Source: an uncultured delta proteobacterium (GTDB taxonomy: Bacteria > Desulfobacterota > DSM-4660 > Desulfatiglandales > HGW-15). From it: DNA of 64,000 nt. Position 1 is the stretch's first letter; each line of letters begins with the position of its first letter. The position numbers and the translations under genes were made by a program. The DNA lies in assembly GCA_963740905.1 (NCBI GenBank), contig CAVUFY010000004.1:387735-451734 (forward strand). The letters are read 5' to 3'. Shown piece by piece: positions 27,135 to 36,771 of this stretch. Below the pieces are notes generated by a model, which had not been told where the DNA came from, ran no database searches, and saw only the letters and a list, made by a program, of their open reading frames with translations.

Positions 27135-28031
27135 ATGAGAATCCTTGTCGCAGTGGACCGAAACCCATACAGCGCCCTTGCCATCGCTGAAGCGGCGGCG
27201 CTCGCCAAGAATACGTGGGCCAACGTCACCCTGCTCGGTGTGGACGCCAAGAGGCTGCAGAAGGGAGAGAAATCCGCCGCGAGTCCCATGGGAAAGGACA
27301 TGAAACACCACCCGCTCATGGAGACGCTTCGCCGTTACCGGGAGGACTTTCTCGGGTATTTCGAGGCAGGCGATTCGCCTTACACGGGACAGGAGTTCGA
27401 TTATGAAGTCATTGAGATGAAGAAGGGCATATGGGAGGAACTCCGCGTGTGCCGGGCCGGGAAGAAGGACCTGAGGGTGCGCGTGAGAACCGGAAACCCC
27501 TTGAAGGAAATCCTGTCGGAATCCATCGAGAAGGAGAGCGACCTCATCGTCATCGCCTGTGACAAAGGAAATAACTGCGCGTGGGAGAAGGCCGGAAACC
27601 TTCCCCAGAAAGTCGCTAATGAAGCTTCCTGTTCTGTCATGGTGGTAAAGGGCAAGGAGAAGATCAACCAGGTGGTTTGCTGCTTGGATCATGCTCAAGT
27701 GAGCCAGGCCTCTCTCGAATTGATCAGCCAGATGGTGACCCTGCACCAGGCGACTTTGGACATTGTCGGGCTCACGGACAAGGAGAGCCTTAAAGCCGAA
27801 GTTGAGAGAAAGATGGATTGGATCCTCAAGTATTACGCAGCTCGGCAGATTAAGCCCTGGATTAAACTGGTAGACGGCTACTCTCTTGAAACTTTCATCA
27901 GCCAGGAAGCTCGTCGGGGTCTTATCGCCTTGTGGATGGGGGAGAAATCCGTCCTGAGCAGGATCTTTCCGCGAAGCAAAGTCGAGAAGTTGGTCAAATC
28001 CGCGGGCTCTTCCATCCTGATCCTGAGATGA
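27135..28031 (+). CDS. Tandem universal-stress-protein-like protein
   Basis: 298 aa with MRILVAVDRNPYSALAIAEAA...SDLIVIACDK...CSVMVVK and a second half ending SSILILR. Confidence 0.7.
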   Translation: MRILVAVDRNPYSALAIAEAAALAKNTWANVTLLGVDAKRLQKGEKSAASPMGKDMKHHPLMETLRRYREDFLGYFEAGDSPYTGQEFDYEVIEMKKGIWEELRVCRAGKKDLRVRVRTGNPLKEILSESIEKESDLIVIACDKGNNCAWEKAGNLPQKVANEASCSVMVVKGKEKINQVVCCLDHAQVSQASLELISQMVTLHQATLDIVGLTDKESLKAEVERKMDWILKYYAARQIKPWIKLVDGYSLETFISQEARRGLIALWMGEKSVLSRIFPRSKVEKLVKSAGSSILILR

Positions 28032-29370
28032 ACTCTGAGAAATCCTCCGGATCGGGGATGTCGAGTCCCAGGTGACGGCCCATCAATCCGAATTGCCCGT
28101 AGGCCATTTCCGCCCCGTACTGGACTGCGCAGCCCTTTTCGAGAGCTGCCGCCAACCATGGCGTGACTTTGGGGTTGGTGACCACATCGGCCACCAATGT
28201 TGGCGGGGACAGCGACTCCGTGGGAAACGGCACATGTGGATCGTCATTCATCCCCACCGGTGTGGCGTTCACCACGAGGTCGAAGCCCTCCAGCTCGGTG
28301 AGCTCAAAGGAAATTCTGACAGCCGGATTTCCCTTTTTGAGCAAACGCTCCAAGAATCCATGGCGCTCCGTCCGTATTTCTTTGATCACGATTTCATCGG
28401 CTCCGGACCGGGCTATCGCCTCGGCAATGGCCGCTCCGGCACAGCCCCCGCCGATCACCGCGACGCGTTTGCCATGGACAGACAGCCCGTGGTTCCTGAT
28501 CGCCACCATAAAACCAAGGCCGTCCACCATGTCCCCGATAAGACGTCCGTTTTGAGCCCTGACGACGTTGACCGCAAGAAGGTCTTTGACCCTCCCGGAT
28601 ATTTCGTCCATAAATTCCACCGCCGATTGCTTGTGGGGTACCGTCACGATACACCCCCCAAAGTTGGAAATAGTCCGCATCAACATGAAATGATCCTTTA
28701 CCCGGTCCACGGGCACGTCCATGGCGATCATGACGGCATCTATTTCGTGTTCGCCAAAATAGCGATTGTAAAGAAGGGGGGATTTTACCTGGATGACCGG
28801 CGTTCCGATCATGGTGTAAAACGTTGTGGTTCCCGTCGGGACAACCCCACTCGTGCTCTCGGCTCTCCTTTCCGTTTGCCTCTCAAGCCACGCTTCGTTT
28901 GCCAGAACAACGGAGGTTTCTACCTGGCGTCCGGGAACGGACCAGTATTTCCTGAGCAGCCGGTTCTTTTCCTGATCGGGGATCACGATGAATCCGCGCT
29001 TTTCATAGAAGCGAACAGCCCAGACAGCATCCGCCCATGTGCCGATGAGGATCGGCCTTGCAGTCTCTTTGCACAGAAAGGACAAAAGCTCGCTTCCGAT
29101 GCCCCTGCCCTGTTCAGAGGGCAAAACGTAGGCATGCCTGATCAGGGCAACATCTTTGACTTGCTGAAAACCCATGACACCTATCAACCGGTCACCGCGT
29201 CGGTATCCCCAGAACTCGATTCCCTCCCTGATCTCTTGTCCGAGTTCTTCCTCCGACATATAAGGCTCTTTCCAGCAGTCTTCGGAGATCACTCCTTGAT
29301 ACTTCTCGGCAGCCTTATTGATGATAGAATAAATGGCTGCAAAGTCTCCATCCTCACATCGTCGGATCAT
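27994..29370 (-). CDS. GNAT acetyltransferase fused to a shikimate/quinate dehydrogenase (AroE-like) domain
   Basis: The N-terminal half has a GNAT core (VLPSEQGRGIGSELL...FYEKRGF). The C-terminal half has AroE motifs (GTPVIQVKSPLLYN, VTVPHKQ, GDMVDGLGF, VIGGGCAGAAIA, NATPVGM). The start is uncertain (29370 or 29400). The 3' end overlaps the convergent Usp gene by 38 nt. Confidence 0.8.
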   Translation of the reverse strand: MIRRCEDGDFAAIYSIINKAAEKYQGVISEDCWKEPYMSEEELGQEIREGIEFWGYRRGDRLIGVMGFQQVKDVALIRHAYVLPSEQGRGIGSELLSFLCKETARPILIGTWADAVWAVRFYEKRGFIVIPDQEKNRLLRKYWSVPGRQVETSVVLANEAWLERQTERRAESTSGVVPTGTTTFYTMIGTPVIQVKSPLLYNRYFGEHEIDAVMIAMDVPVDRVKDHFMLMRTISNFGGCIVTVPHKQSAVEFMDEISGRVKDLLAVNVVRAQNGRLIGDMVDGLGFMVAIRNHGLSVHGKRVAVIGGGCAGAAIAEAIARSGADEIVIKEIRTERHGFLERLLKKGNPAVRISFELTELEGFDLVVNATPVGMNDDPHVPFPTESLSPPTLVADVVTNPKVTPWLAAALEKGCAVQYGAEMAYGQFGLMGRHLGLDIPDPEDFSEFISGSGWKSPRI

Positions 29371-29595
29371 CCTGTCTCTCCTCGCCTCCACTCCGGCCAT
29401 CGAATATCCAGGCAACCTATGAAACATGATACGATGGCGGACGCTAACCCGCAATCGCAAAAAGCAGATCTTTCTCAGGTGCTGCCCCCCAAGCTTGCCA
29501 ACTCCGCCCAAATCTGTTAAGCAAAGAATCTCCGGCTTTCAAATTTTACATTATCTTCGGGAATTCCGCTGGCTCGGAAGGAGATCATCACAAAA

Positions 29596-30519
29596 ATGCG
29601 GTCAGCCGCGGGCGGACTTTTGTGGCTTGGTTTAGCACCTCTCTTCTACAGCGCTTTAAGCAGTTCGGCTAAACTAGCAGGGACGCATCTCAGCGTCTGG
29701 CAGATTGGCGTGGGCCGCTTTGTCCTCGGCCTTATGCTTGTCCCGCCTGTCATTCGCCTTCTGGGCTTGAGCCTCTGGGGCAGGCAGCGCCCCCTTCTGA
29801 TTATGCGCGGATTATGCGGCGCTACGGCCTTCCTGCTTCAGGTGGCCTCCTTCCAGAGAATCCCACTGTCCGTTGCAATGGTCCTCTTTTACCTTTATCC
29901 GGCCTTCACAGCTCTCCTGTCCCCTTGTCTTACCGGAGAGCCGACGAGCAAGAAAGCCTGGCCTTTTATCATCGGTGCTTTTGCCGGCACCACCCTGATT
30001 CTTTGGCCCACGAAGTCTGCCGGCCGGGATTTGGACTTGGGACATCTCTTCATCCTGGCCGCTGCGGTACTGTGTGCGGTTACCCTTCTTTTGGTTCGCA
30101 GACTGGGCAAAGAGAACAACATCTACACCTTGTTTTATTATCTTTGTCTTGCAGGAACCCTGGCCGGTCTCGGTCCTTTGCTGTTTCAGGAAGGTCCGAT
30201 TTGGCCGGCAGGCTCTCAGGCCTGGCTGGAGTTGGTCGCGGTGGCCGTCTTTTCAGTCGGCGCCCAACTGTCCATCAACCAGGCTTTGATTCATATCCCG
30301 GCGCCGAAAGTCAGTGTCATGATGACTGCCGAAGTGCCCCTTGTTGCATGCTTCGGTGTTCTTTACCTGGGAGAACCTTTGGATTGGCGCCTGTTGGTGG
30401 GATCTCTTCTAATCTTCGGCTGCGGAGTCGGGCTCAACATTCTGCCTGCTAAGACAGATCTCCTCTCAACGGTTCGGACATACCTTCGTCTTCCTAAGAC
30501 ACGTCGATCAATCAGCTGA
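29596..30519 (+). CDS. DMT superfamily (EamA-like) transporter
   Basis: 307 aa with 10 TM-like segments in two EamA-type halves. Confidence 0.8.
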   Translation: MRSAAGGLLWLGLAPLFYSALSSSAKLAGTHLSVWQIGVGRFVLGLMLVPPVIRLLGLSLWGRQRPLLIMRGLCGATAFLLQVASFQRIPLSVAMVLFYLYPAFTALLSPCLTGEPTSKKAWPFIIGAFAGTTLILWPTKSAGRDLDLGHLFILAAAVLCAVTLLLVRRLGKENNIYTLFYYLCLAGTLAGLGPLLFQEGPIWPAGSQAWLELVAVAVFSVGAQLSINQALIHIPAPKVSVMMTAEVPLVACFGVLYLGEPLDWRLLVGSLLIFGCGVGLNILPAKTDLLSTVRTYLRLPKTRRSIS

Positions 30520-30568
30520 CGGTTGGTCAGTAAGTGAGCCGGAGACAATTGCACTTGGGAGAAACCGC

Positions 30569-30745
30569 ATGAACAAAACCATTATCGAATTGAATGATCA
30601 GGAAGTGATGCGTGTCGAAGCCATATTGATGGATGAGGATGCGGCCGACGCCCTTCTATTTCTCAAAGAAGTGATGAAGCCCAAACTCAGAGCGAAAGGC
30701 TCCAGGACGTTGGACAGTTCCAAGTCCACCGGAATCATGACGTAA
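30569..30745 (+). CDS. Hypothetical small protein (58 aa, below the ORF-track cutoff)
   Basis: My translation: MNKTIIELNDQEVMRVEAILMDEDAADALLFLKEVMKPKLRAKGSRTLDSSKSTGIMT. GGGAGA lies 6 nt upstream of the ATG. Confidence 0.4.
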   Translation: MNKTIIELNDQEVMRVEAILMDEDAADALLFLKEVMKPKLRAKGSRTLDSSKSTGIMT

Positions 30746-31020
30746 AGGGAGACGCTTCGCAACGCAAGAGACCTTTCTCATAGCGCTTGCGGGTTGACTA
30801 CATAGTCCCGATATCCATCTGCACGATGGCTCTCTGGTTGAGCTCAACCGTTCCTGTAAATTCCTTTTCTTCCATATCAGCGCCGTTTTTGCTTGACACG
30901 ACTAAGGCAAAAGAGTAATGGGCTAATAATTACAATGATTGTCAGATTCATTGATTTATCTTTTTCGGCCGTGTCTGTCCCGGAGGCCGGATTCAAGGGC
31001 TGCAATTTCAAGAAAAGCAT

Positions 31021-31728
31021 ATGTTTAGTCACATTGCCCAAAGAAAAGTGTCACATTTAATAGAAGCTGAGATCAAGAAGGCCATTTTCAACAATCGCTT
31101 TAAGATCGGCGACAAGCTTCCGCCCGAAAGACAACTATCCGAAGAGTTCAAGAGCAGCCGATCAAGCGTTCGCGAAGCTTTCCGTCTCCTCGAAAAATCA
31201 GGTCTCGTGGAGATCAGAAAGGGAGTTCACGGGGGAGCCTTTGTAAAGAAAACCGGCGCCATGCCGGTTGTAGACTCGCTAAAGGACATGCTTCATCTCG
31301 AGCAAATCAGTCTTGAGGAGATCAGGCAAGTTCGCCTGATGCTCGAACCCCCGATCGCCGCTGAAGCAGCGCGTAACGCGACCCCCCGCGACATCGAACG
31401 CATCGAAGAAGCCAACAGAGCGCTTCAGGAAGGGTACAAGTCGGGGGATCCCGCCATTGAAAACAATCCGGCAATCCACAAAGTCATTGCTGAAGCATCA
31501 AAGAACAGGCTGTGTGCTCTCCTTATGACGGCGCTCATGGATATCCATGCTTATAGGATGAGGAACAACAAGCTGGATGAAAGAGCTAAAAAAAAGATTA
31601 TCGGCCATCATAATAAAATTATCGAGTCCATAACAGAGAAAGACGCTGAGTCGGCCTATGAAAATATGAAAACCCATATTTTGGAGGTCCATAAGATTCA
31701 CACAAAAATTGAAAAGAAGAATGGCTAG
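31021..31728 (+). CDS. GntR-family (FadR/FCD subfamily) transcriptional regulator
   Basis: wHTH LPPERQLSEEFKSSRSSVREAFRLLEKSGLVEIRKGVHGGAFV plus a helical FCD-type C-terminal domain. Confidence 0.9.
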   Translation: MFSHIAQRKVSHLIEAEIKKAIFNNRFKIGDKLPPERQLSEEFKSSRSSVREAFRLLEKSGLVEIRKGVHGGAFVKKTGAMPVVDSLKDMLHLEQISLEEIRQVRLMLEPPIAAEAARNATPRDIERIEEANRALQEGYKSGDPAIENNPAIHKVIAEASKNRLCALLMTALMDIHAYRMRNNKLDERAKKKIIGHHNKIIESITEKDAESAYENMKTHILEVHKIHTKIEKKNG

Positions 31729-31809
31729 AGTGTCTAGGTCTAGGACCGCCGCCTGCGTGAACGAGTCTACAGCAGGCTGGCCAAGGGTGAGAGAGGCACG
31801 CAGACCACC

Positions 31810-33006
31810 ATGAATTATCACGGCTTTTACGATGAGGGCAAGGATCGCACGAAAGTGATTTTCGGCGAGGGTTCGCTGGAAAGTCTACCCAAAGAATCGA
31901 GTGCGTGCGGAGGAAAGGTGCTGCTGATAACAAGCAAGACCGTCTACTCCAACACGAACCTAGCCGGCAAAATCGCTCGTCTCCTGGGTTCGAGCCTGGT
32001 TGGCGTCTTCGCCGAGACACAGACGCATACCCCTCGAAACTTAGTGCTCAAGGCGACTGCCATGGCCCGATCTCTGAAAGCCAATTGTCTGGTTAACCTG
32101 GGCGGCGGTAGTACGACAGATACTGCAAAAGCGGTGAGATTAGCCATTTGCATGGGCATCTTCGGCGAAGGAGACTTTGATAAGGCTCGGACAAGATTGC
32201 AGGCCGAAGACGCCCAGAGCATTTCGGAATGCGGCATACCGCAAATCTGTCTTCCCACCACACTTGTAGGCGCAGAATATTCATTCGGCATGGGAATCAC
32301 GGATGAGTCAACCCGGACCAAACAGGTCTTCTCGCACGAGTTCCTGCGATGCCGCACGGTTATTCTTGATCCTCAACTCACATTGTGTACACCACCGGCC
32401 CTCTTTCTATCAACAGGGATTAAGTCCCTTGAACATGCTATAGGAAGACTTTCGACTCTGGAGCGCCATCCTATACTGGACGCGACAGCCGCCCTTGCGA
32501 TCGGGATTCTCGGGGCAGAATTACTTCGTGCGTTCGGGTATCCGGATGATCTCTCAGCCCGCAGTCAATTGCAGATAGGAGGCTGGCTGTCCAAATTCGG
32601 CAGCGGCGTAATCCCAGGCATGCACATGGGCCTGAGCCATGCGCTGGGGAGGCAGGTCGGGAGCGTATGCGGAGTTCCACACGGTCTGAGTTCATGTGTT
32701 ATCCTTCCGCTATCGATTGAATATAATGCCTCAGCATGCGAAGAAGGATTTCGCATGGCGGCTCAGGCGCTCGGTGTGAATACGGATGCGTTGTCGGGGA
32801 AAGACGTGGGTCGGGCTATGGCGAATAAAATTCGCTCCCTTGTCGCGGATCTGGGGCTGCCGGGCCGGCTCAGTCAAATCGGGGTGTCTAAAGACTCTCT
32901 TTCTCTCATCGCGCAACGCACGATGACGGACTGGTCCATAAAGGCAAACCCCCGGCCGATTGCTGACGCCGAAGAGATCCTCGCCATTCTGCATGAAGCC
33001 TGGTAG
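31810..33006 (+). CDS. Iron-containing alcohol dehydrogenase family (maleylacetate-reductase-like)
   Basis: LGGGSTTDTAKAV nucleotide-binding motif and His-rich metal site region (MHMGLSHALG...GVPHG). Confidence 0.8.
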   Translation: MNYHGFYDEGKDRTKVIFGEGSLESLPKESSACGGKVLLITSKTVYSNTNLAGKIARLLGSSLVGVFAETQTHTPRNLVLKATAMARSLKANCLVNLGGGSTTDTAKAVRLAICMGIFGEGDFDKARTRLQAEDAQSISECGIPQICLPTTLVGAEYSFGMGITDESTRTKQVFSHEFLRCRTVILDPQLTLCTPPALFLSTGIKSLEHAIGRLSTLERHPILDATAALAIGILGAELLRAFGYPDDLSARSQLQIGGWLSKFGSGVIPGMHMGLSHALGRQVGSVCGVPHGLSSCVILPLSIEYNASACEEGFRMAAQALGVNTDALSGKDVGRAMANKIRSLVADLGLPGRLSQIGVSKDSLSLIAQRTMTDWSIKANPRPIADAEEILAILHEAW

Positions 33007-33110
33007 CTGCAAAGCGTTCGGTATTGAAACCAGGAGAGTGACAAGACGCGAAATTCGAAGGTGAAGCGCTTTTATTTCCAATTTTGACCTATTTAAAGGA
33101 GGAGTCACGA

Positions 33111-34082
33111 ATGGACCCAAGACCGATTGCTATGATAAAAAACGCTTTAAAACCCTATAGAAAAGTGGGGAAGCCGGGGGAGAAAGTCGTCATTATCGCC
33201 GATACGACGACAGACCCAGTTATTTGGGAGACTTTCGCCATGGCAGCACAGGCCGTGGGTGTGGAACCTATGATTGCCCTGATGGTTCCTACGAAACGAG
33301 ACTATGAAAACCCCCCTGATCCGGTCCAAAAAATGGCCCAGGCTGCCGATATCATCCACTTCACTACAAGGCAGGGGTTGATACACAGCCTTTTCGGACG
33401 CGAATTGAGCAGGTCGGGCAAAAAGCGAATTATCTCTGAGGGTGTAGAGGTTCAAATGTTCACTGAAGGCGCGGCACTCGCCGAGGATGAAGAAATTAAC
33501 CAGTGGATCGGGAAGATCAGACCGATTTGGGATAACGGCAACAGTGTAAAGCTCACAACGGCTGCGGGCACGAATCTCGATATCAGCATAGAGGGGCATT
33601 ACAGCTTTGAAAGCGCAGGGGCTCAGCTCTTCAAGTCGCCTTCAGCCCAATTTCCCGGAGGAGAGTCCGCATGCACGCCGGCTGAGAACTCGGGCGACGG
33701 GGTACTTATCATCGATAAAGCCATCCACTATCCCCATGGCAAACTGATTCACCCCATCGAACTGCATCTTCGAGGAGGAAAGATAGACGAGATTCGTGGC
33801 GGATCCGAAGCGGATGAATTTCGCTGGTGGGTTGATTCTTACGGAGATAAAGAGGGCAAGACCATTTGCGAACTGTCCGTGGGCTGCAACCCCAAGGCGA
33901 AATTTATGGGCAGCATGCGGCAGGACCGTTTCGTGCTGGGTAGTTTTCACGTAGGGTTTGGTATGAACGCGGACGTAGGTGGAAAAATCGTCAGTAACAT
34001 TCACTACGACGCGATCATGGGCAAGCCAACGCTTGTTGTTGACGGTAAAACCATCATCGAAAATGGGACCATACTTATTTAG
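33111..34082 (+). CDS. Aminopeptidase T (M29) / NicX-like family protein
   Basis: Overall resemblance to the M29/NicX fold pattern (KPGEKVVIIADTTTD...; ELSVGCNP...GSFHVGFG...IHYD). GGAGG lies 8 nt upstream of ATG 33111. Confidence 0.55.
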   Translation: MDPRPIAMIKNALKPYRKVGKPGEKVVIIADTTTDPVIWETFAMAAQAVGVEPMIALMVPTKRDYENPPDPVQKMAQAADIIHFTTRQGLIHSLFGRELSRSGKKRIISEGVEVQMFTEGAALAEDEEINQWIGKIRPIWDNGNSVKLTTAAGTNLDISIEGHYSFESAGAQLFKSPSAQFPGGESACTPAENSGDGVLIIDKAIHYPHGKLIHPIELHLRGGKIDEIRGGSEADEFRWWVDSYGDKEGKTICELSVGCNPKAKFMGSMRQDRFVLGSFHVGFGMNADVGGKIVSNIHYDAIMGKPTLVVDGKTIIENGTILI

Positions 34083-34126
34083 GTTTCACCATCAGGACCT
34101 TGTGCCTTATGAAGGGAGGATTCATC

Positions 34127-35173
34127 ATGCAAAAGCGTTCCACTGGCTTAGGTATTCTGATTCTGTGCTTGTGTATCGTGGCTGGAACTCTAGCCTCGAA
34201 AACGGCTGAAGCCGCCACAGCTTCTGATTTTTACGCTAAACAGACGGTAACCGTCGTCGTTCCTTATGGAGCAGGCGGCGGGGTTGATTTCCTTGCGCGG
34301 CTCTTTGCCAGTTGTTGGCCGCAGATCGTTCCCGACGGTACCATGGTAGTCAAGAATGTCACCGGAGCCGCCGGGATAAGAGGAACAAATTACATTTATG
34401 CTGCAAACCCGGACGGCCTCACTATCGGGATCTCGGTTTTGGCAGGATCTCTGATTGCCCCGCCGCTCTGGAAAGATCCGGGGGTCAGGTTTGATCCCGA
34501 CAAATTTATCTATCTCGGCGCCATCACGAAGGATCCCTACATATTCACCATATCCTCAAAACTGCCTTATAAGTCGATGGAAGAGATCAAGGGAGTGAAG
34601 GGATTCAAATTTGCAGGCATCGAGAGGATCGGGCAGCCGGTACTGGGCGCCGCACTGATTGCTGATCTTTTTAAATTTGTGGACCCTCGTATCGTCGCAG
34701 GTTACTCAGGAACCAAAGAAGTGGCCTTGTCTGTTGCCAGAGGAGAAACGGATGGTTATGTACTTGCGGCGGCGAGCACGGTCGAAGACATTAAGGCTGG
34801 ATATGTCAAGAAACCATTGGTTGTTTTGGATTCGAAGAGGACTAAGTGGTTTCCTGATGTGCCCACCGTCTCGGAACTGGCACAACTCTCCCCCAAAATG
34901 AAGGTGTACTTTAATATTTTTGAATCCATGGCGGAAGGAAGGCCATTCCTGATGCCCCCGGGCGTGCCGCAGGACAAAGTCCAGTTCATGCGTGATGCCT
35001 TTAACAAGATAGTAAACACCAAAGACTTTCAGGCCCAGGCGATGACTCACTGGCCGGTATGGGAAGACCCCTTATCCGGTCAAGAGGTTCAAGCCCTCGT
35101 TAAAAATGTAATGAGCACTCCTGAAGGAGATGTAGAAGCGTTTAGGAAGTTGGCCGACAAGTATTTGCAATGA
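34127..35173 (+). CDS. tctC: Tripartite tricarboxylate transporter substrate-binding protein (TctC/Bug family)
   Basis: Signal peptide, then VVVPYGAGGGVDFLARLFA...NVTGAAG, the hallmark Bug-family N-terminus. Confidence 0.85.
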   Translation: MQKRSTGLGILILCLCIVAGTLASKTAEAATASDFYAKQTVTVVVPYGAGGGVDFLARLFASCWPQIVPDGTMVVKNVTGAAGIRGTNYIYAANPDGLTIGISVLAGSLIAPPLWKDPGVRFDPDKFIYLGAITKDPYIFTISSKLPYKSMEEIKGVKGFKFAGIERIGQPVLGAALIADLFKFVDPRIVAGYSGTKEVALSVARGETDGYVLAAASTVEDIKAGYVKKPLVVLDSKRTKWFPDVPTVSELAQLSPKMKVYFNIFESMAEGRPFLMPPGVPQDKVQFMRDAFNKIVNTKDFQAQAMTHWPVWEDPLSGQEVQALVKNVMSTPEGDVEAFRKLADKYLQ

Positions 35174-35274
35174 CGGACAGACTGCGCCTGATGGATATTT
35201 TTTGCAGAGATCGATGTTAAGAAGAATCTCCGTCAGGCGTGTTCATTTTGGGCAAGAAAGGGTGGTAGTGACTG

Positions 35275-36771
35275 GTGGTCATACATGCATTAAGTCAAGC
35301 CTTACTTGACTTCACCAATTTGGGACTCTGGCTGTTCCTGATTGCCGGAACCGTCATAGGCCTGATTGTGGGTATCATCCCCGGCATTGGCAGCCTGGTT
35401 GCTTTGGCTGTCTTTCTGTCCTTTATCTTCAAGATGAGCCCGGAGCAGGCTCTTCCGTTTATGGTGGCTACAACTGCGGCCAGTATAACTGGCGGCTCGA
35501 TAACTGCCATTTTAATAAACATTCCTGGGCAGGAGACGAATGCGGCAACCCTCATCGATGGGTATCCCATGACACAGAAGGGGGAAGCTGGCCGGGCATT
35601 AGGGGCGGCATTGACCAGTTCTGCGATGGGGGGTATTGCATCGGTGCTCTTTGCCCTGGCCATGATTCCCATAATATTGCCTATGATTATGGCGATTCAG
35701 TCCCCTGATCTTGTTTCCGTGGTATTGTTGGGAATCGTTTTCATCGGTGTTTTGGGTGCGGGCTCCATGACAAAGGGACTGATCAGCGGAGGATTCGGCC
35801 TGTTGATCAGCTTCATCGGGTTTCAGCCGTCAACCGGGGTGCCGCGCTTTACCTTTGGTATCGAATATCTTTATGACGGCATCGGCCTTGTTCCTCTTGC
35901 CATGGGTCTTTTTGCGATACCCGAAGCAATAAGCCTCACTGTCAAGGGCGGCACGATAGCCGAAACATCGGCGGTTGTCGGGAAAATGCGCGGGGTATGG
36001 CTCGGCGCGAGCGATGTGTTTCGCTGGTGGTGGCTGTGGCTGCGCTCAAGCCTCATAGGCTATTTCATCGGCCTCGTCCCCGGAATTGGCGCCATATCCG
36101 CCACCTTTATCGCCTATGGCCAAGCTCAGGCAACCTCGAAACACCCGGACAAATTCGGCAAAGGGGCCGTAGAAGGGGTTATCGCACCCGAAAGCGCCAA
36201 TAACGCCAGTGTCGCAGGCTCTTTGCTGACCCTTCTGGCTCTGGGCATACCCGGAGGAGCTACTGCGGCTTTGCTTATGGGAGCATTTCTGATGCTGGGT
36301 CTTATACCCGGTCCTGAAATGATGACGGCACACCTGGATCTATCACTCACCCTGATGTTCGTTATCATTATCGCCAATCTGCTGGCGGCAGGGCTATGTT
36401 TTCTCAGTTCCTCAACCTTGAGCAAAATCGCCCATGTCCCGAGCCGTATTTTGGCTCCGCTGGTCCTGGTTATTGCACTCGTCGGTGTTTTTGCCTATCG
36501 TGAAATTTTTGGCGATGTCCTTGTTGCTCTCATTTGCGGTATACTTGGATTGGCCATGAGGGAGTTTGGCTACAACCGACCGGCCCTCTTTTTGGGATAT
36601 ATTTTAGGGTTTGTGTTTGAAAAATATCTTTTCATATCCCTTGCAGCCGCCGGGCCGTTTTTTTTCCTGCGACCCATAAGCATTAGCTTTATCGTTATTA
36701 GCATCGCCGTTCTCTGCTTTGGGTGCATGAGGAGTTCATCGCGCAGCAGACAAGGAGCTAAAAAGGCATGA
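35275..36771 (+). CDS. tctA: Tripartite tricarboxylate transporter large permease
   Basis: 498 aa and polytopic, with TctA-type motifs (GIIPGIG..., PGQETNAATLIDGYPM, GLVPGIGA, APESANNA). Confidence 0.85.
   Translation: MVIHALSQALLDFTNLGLWLFLIAGTVIGLIVGIIPGIGSLVALAVFLSFIFKMSPEQALPFMVATTAASITGGSITAILINIPGQETNAATLIDGYPMTQKGEAGRALGAALTSSAMGGIASVLFALAMIPIILPMIMAIQSPDLVSVVLLGIVFIGVLGAGSMTKGLISGGFGLLISFIGFQPSTGVPRFTFGIEYLYDGIGLVPLAMGLFAIPEAISLTVKGGTIAETSAVVGKMRGVWLGASDVFRWWWLWLRSSLIGYFIGLVPGIGAISATFIAYGQAQATSKHPDKFGKGAVEGVIAPESANNASVAGSLLTLLALGIPGGATAALLMGAFLMLGLIPGPEMMTAHLDLSLTLMFVIIIANLLAAGLCFLSSSTLSKIAHVPSRILAPLVLVIALVGVFAYREIFGDVLVALICGILGLAMREFGYNRPALFLGYILGFVFEKYLFISLAAAGPFFFLRPISISFIVISIAVLCFGCMRSSSRSRQGAKKA

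Noticed and set aside
33111-34082. Calling the M29-like protein a 2,5-dihydroxypyridine dioxygenase (NicX).
   Set aside because: I can see only fold-family resemblance. The context lacks the other nic genes, and the organism appears anaerobic. It is kept as a family-level call.
35192-35206. TGGATattttttGCA upstream of tctA as a second sigma-54 promoter.
   Set aside because: The GG-to-GC spacing is one nucleotide short of the -24/-12 consensus, and the -24 box is poor.
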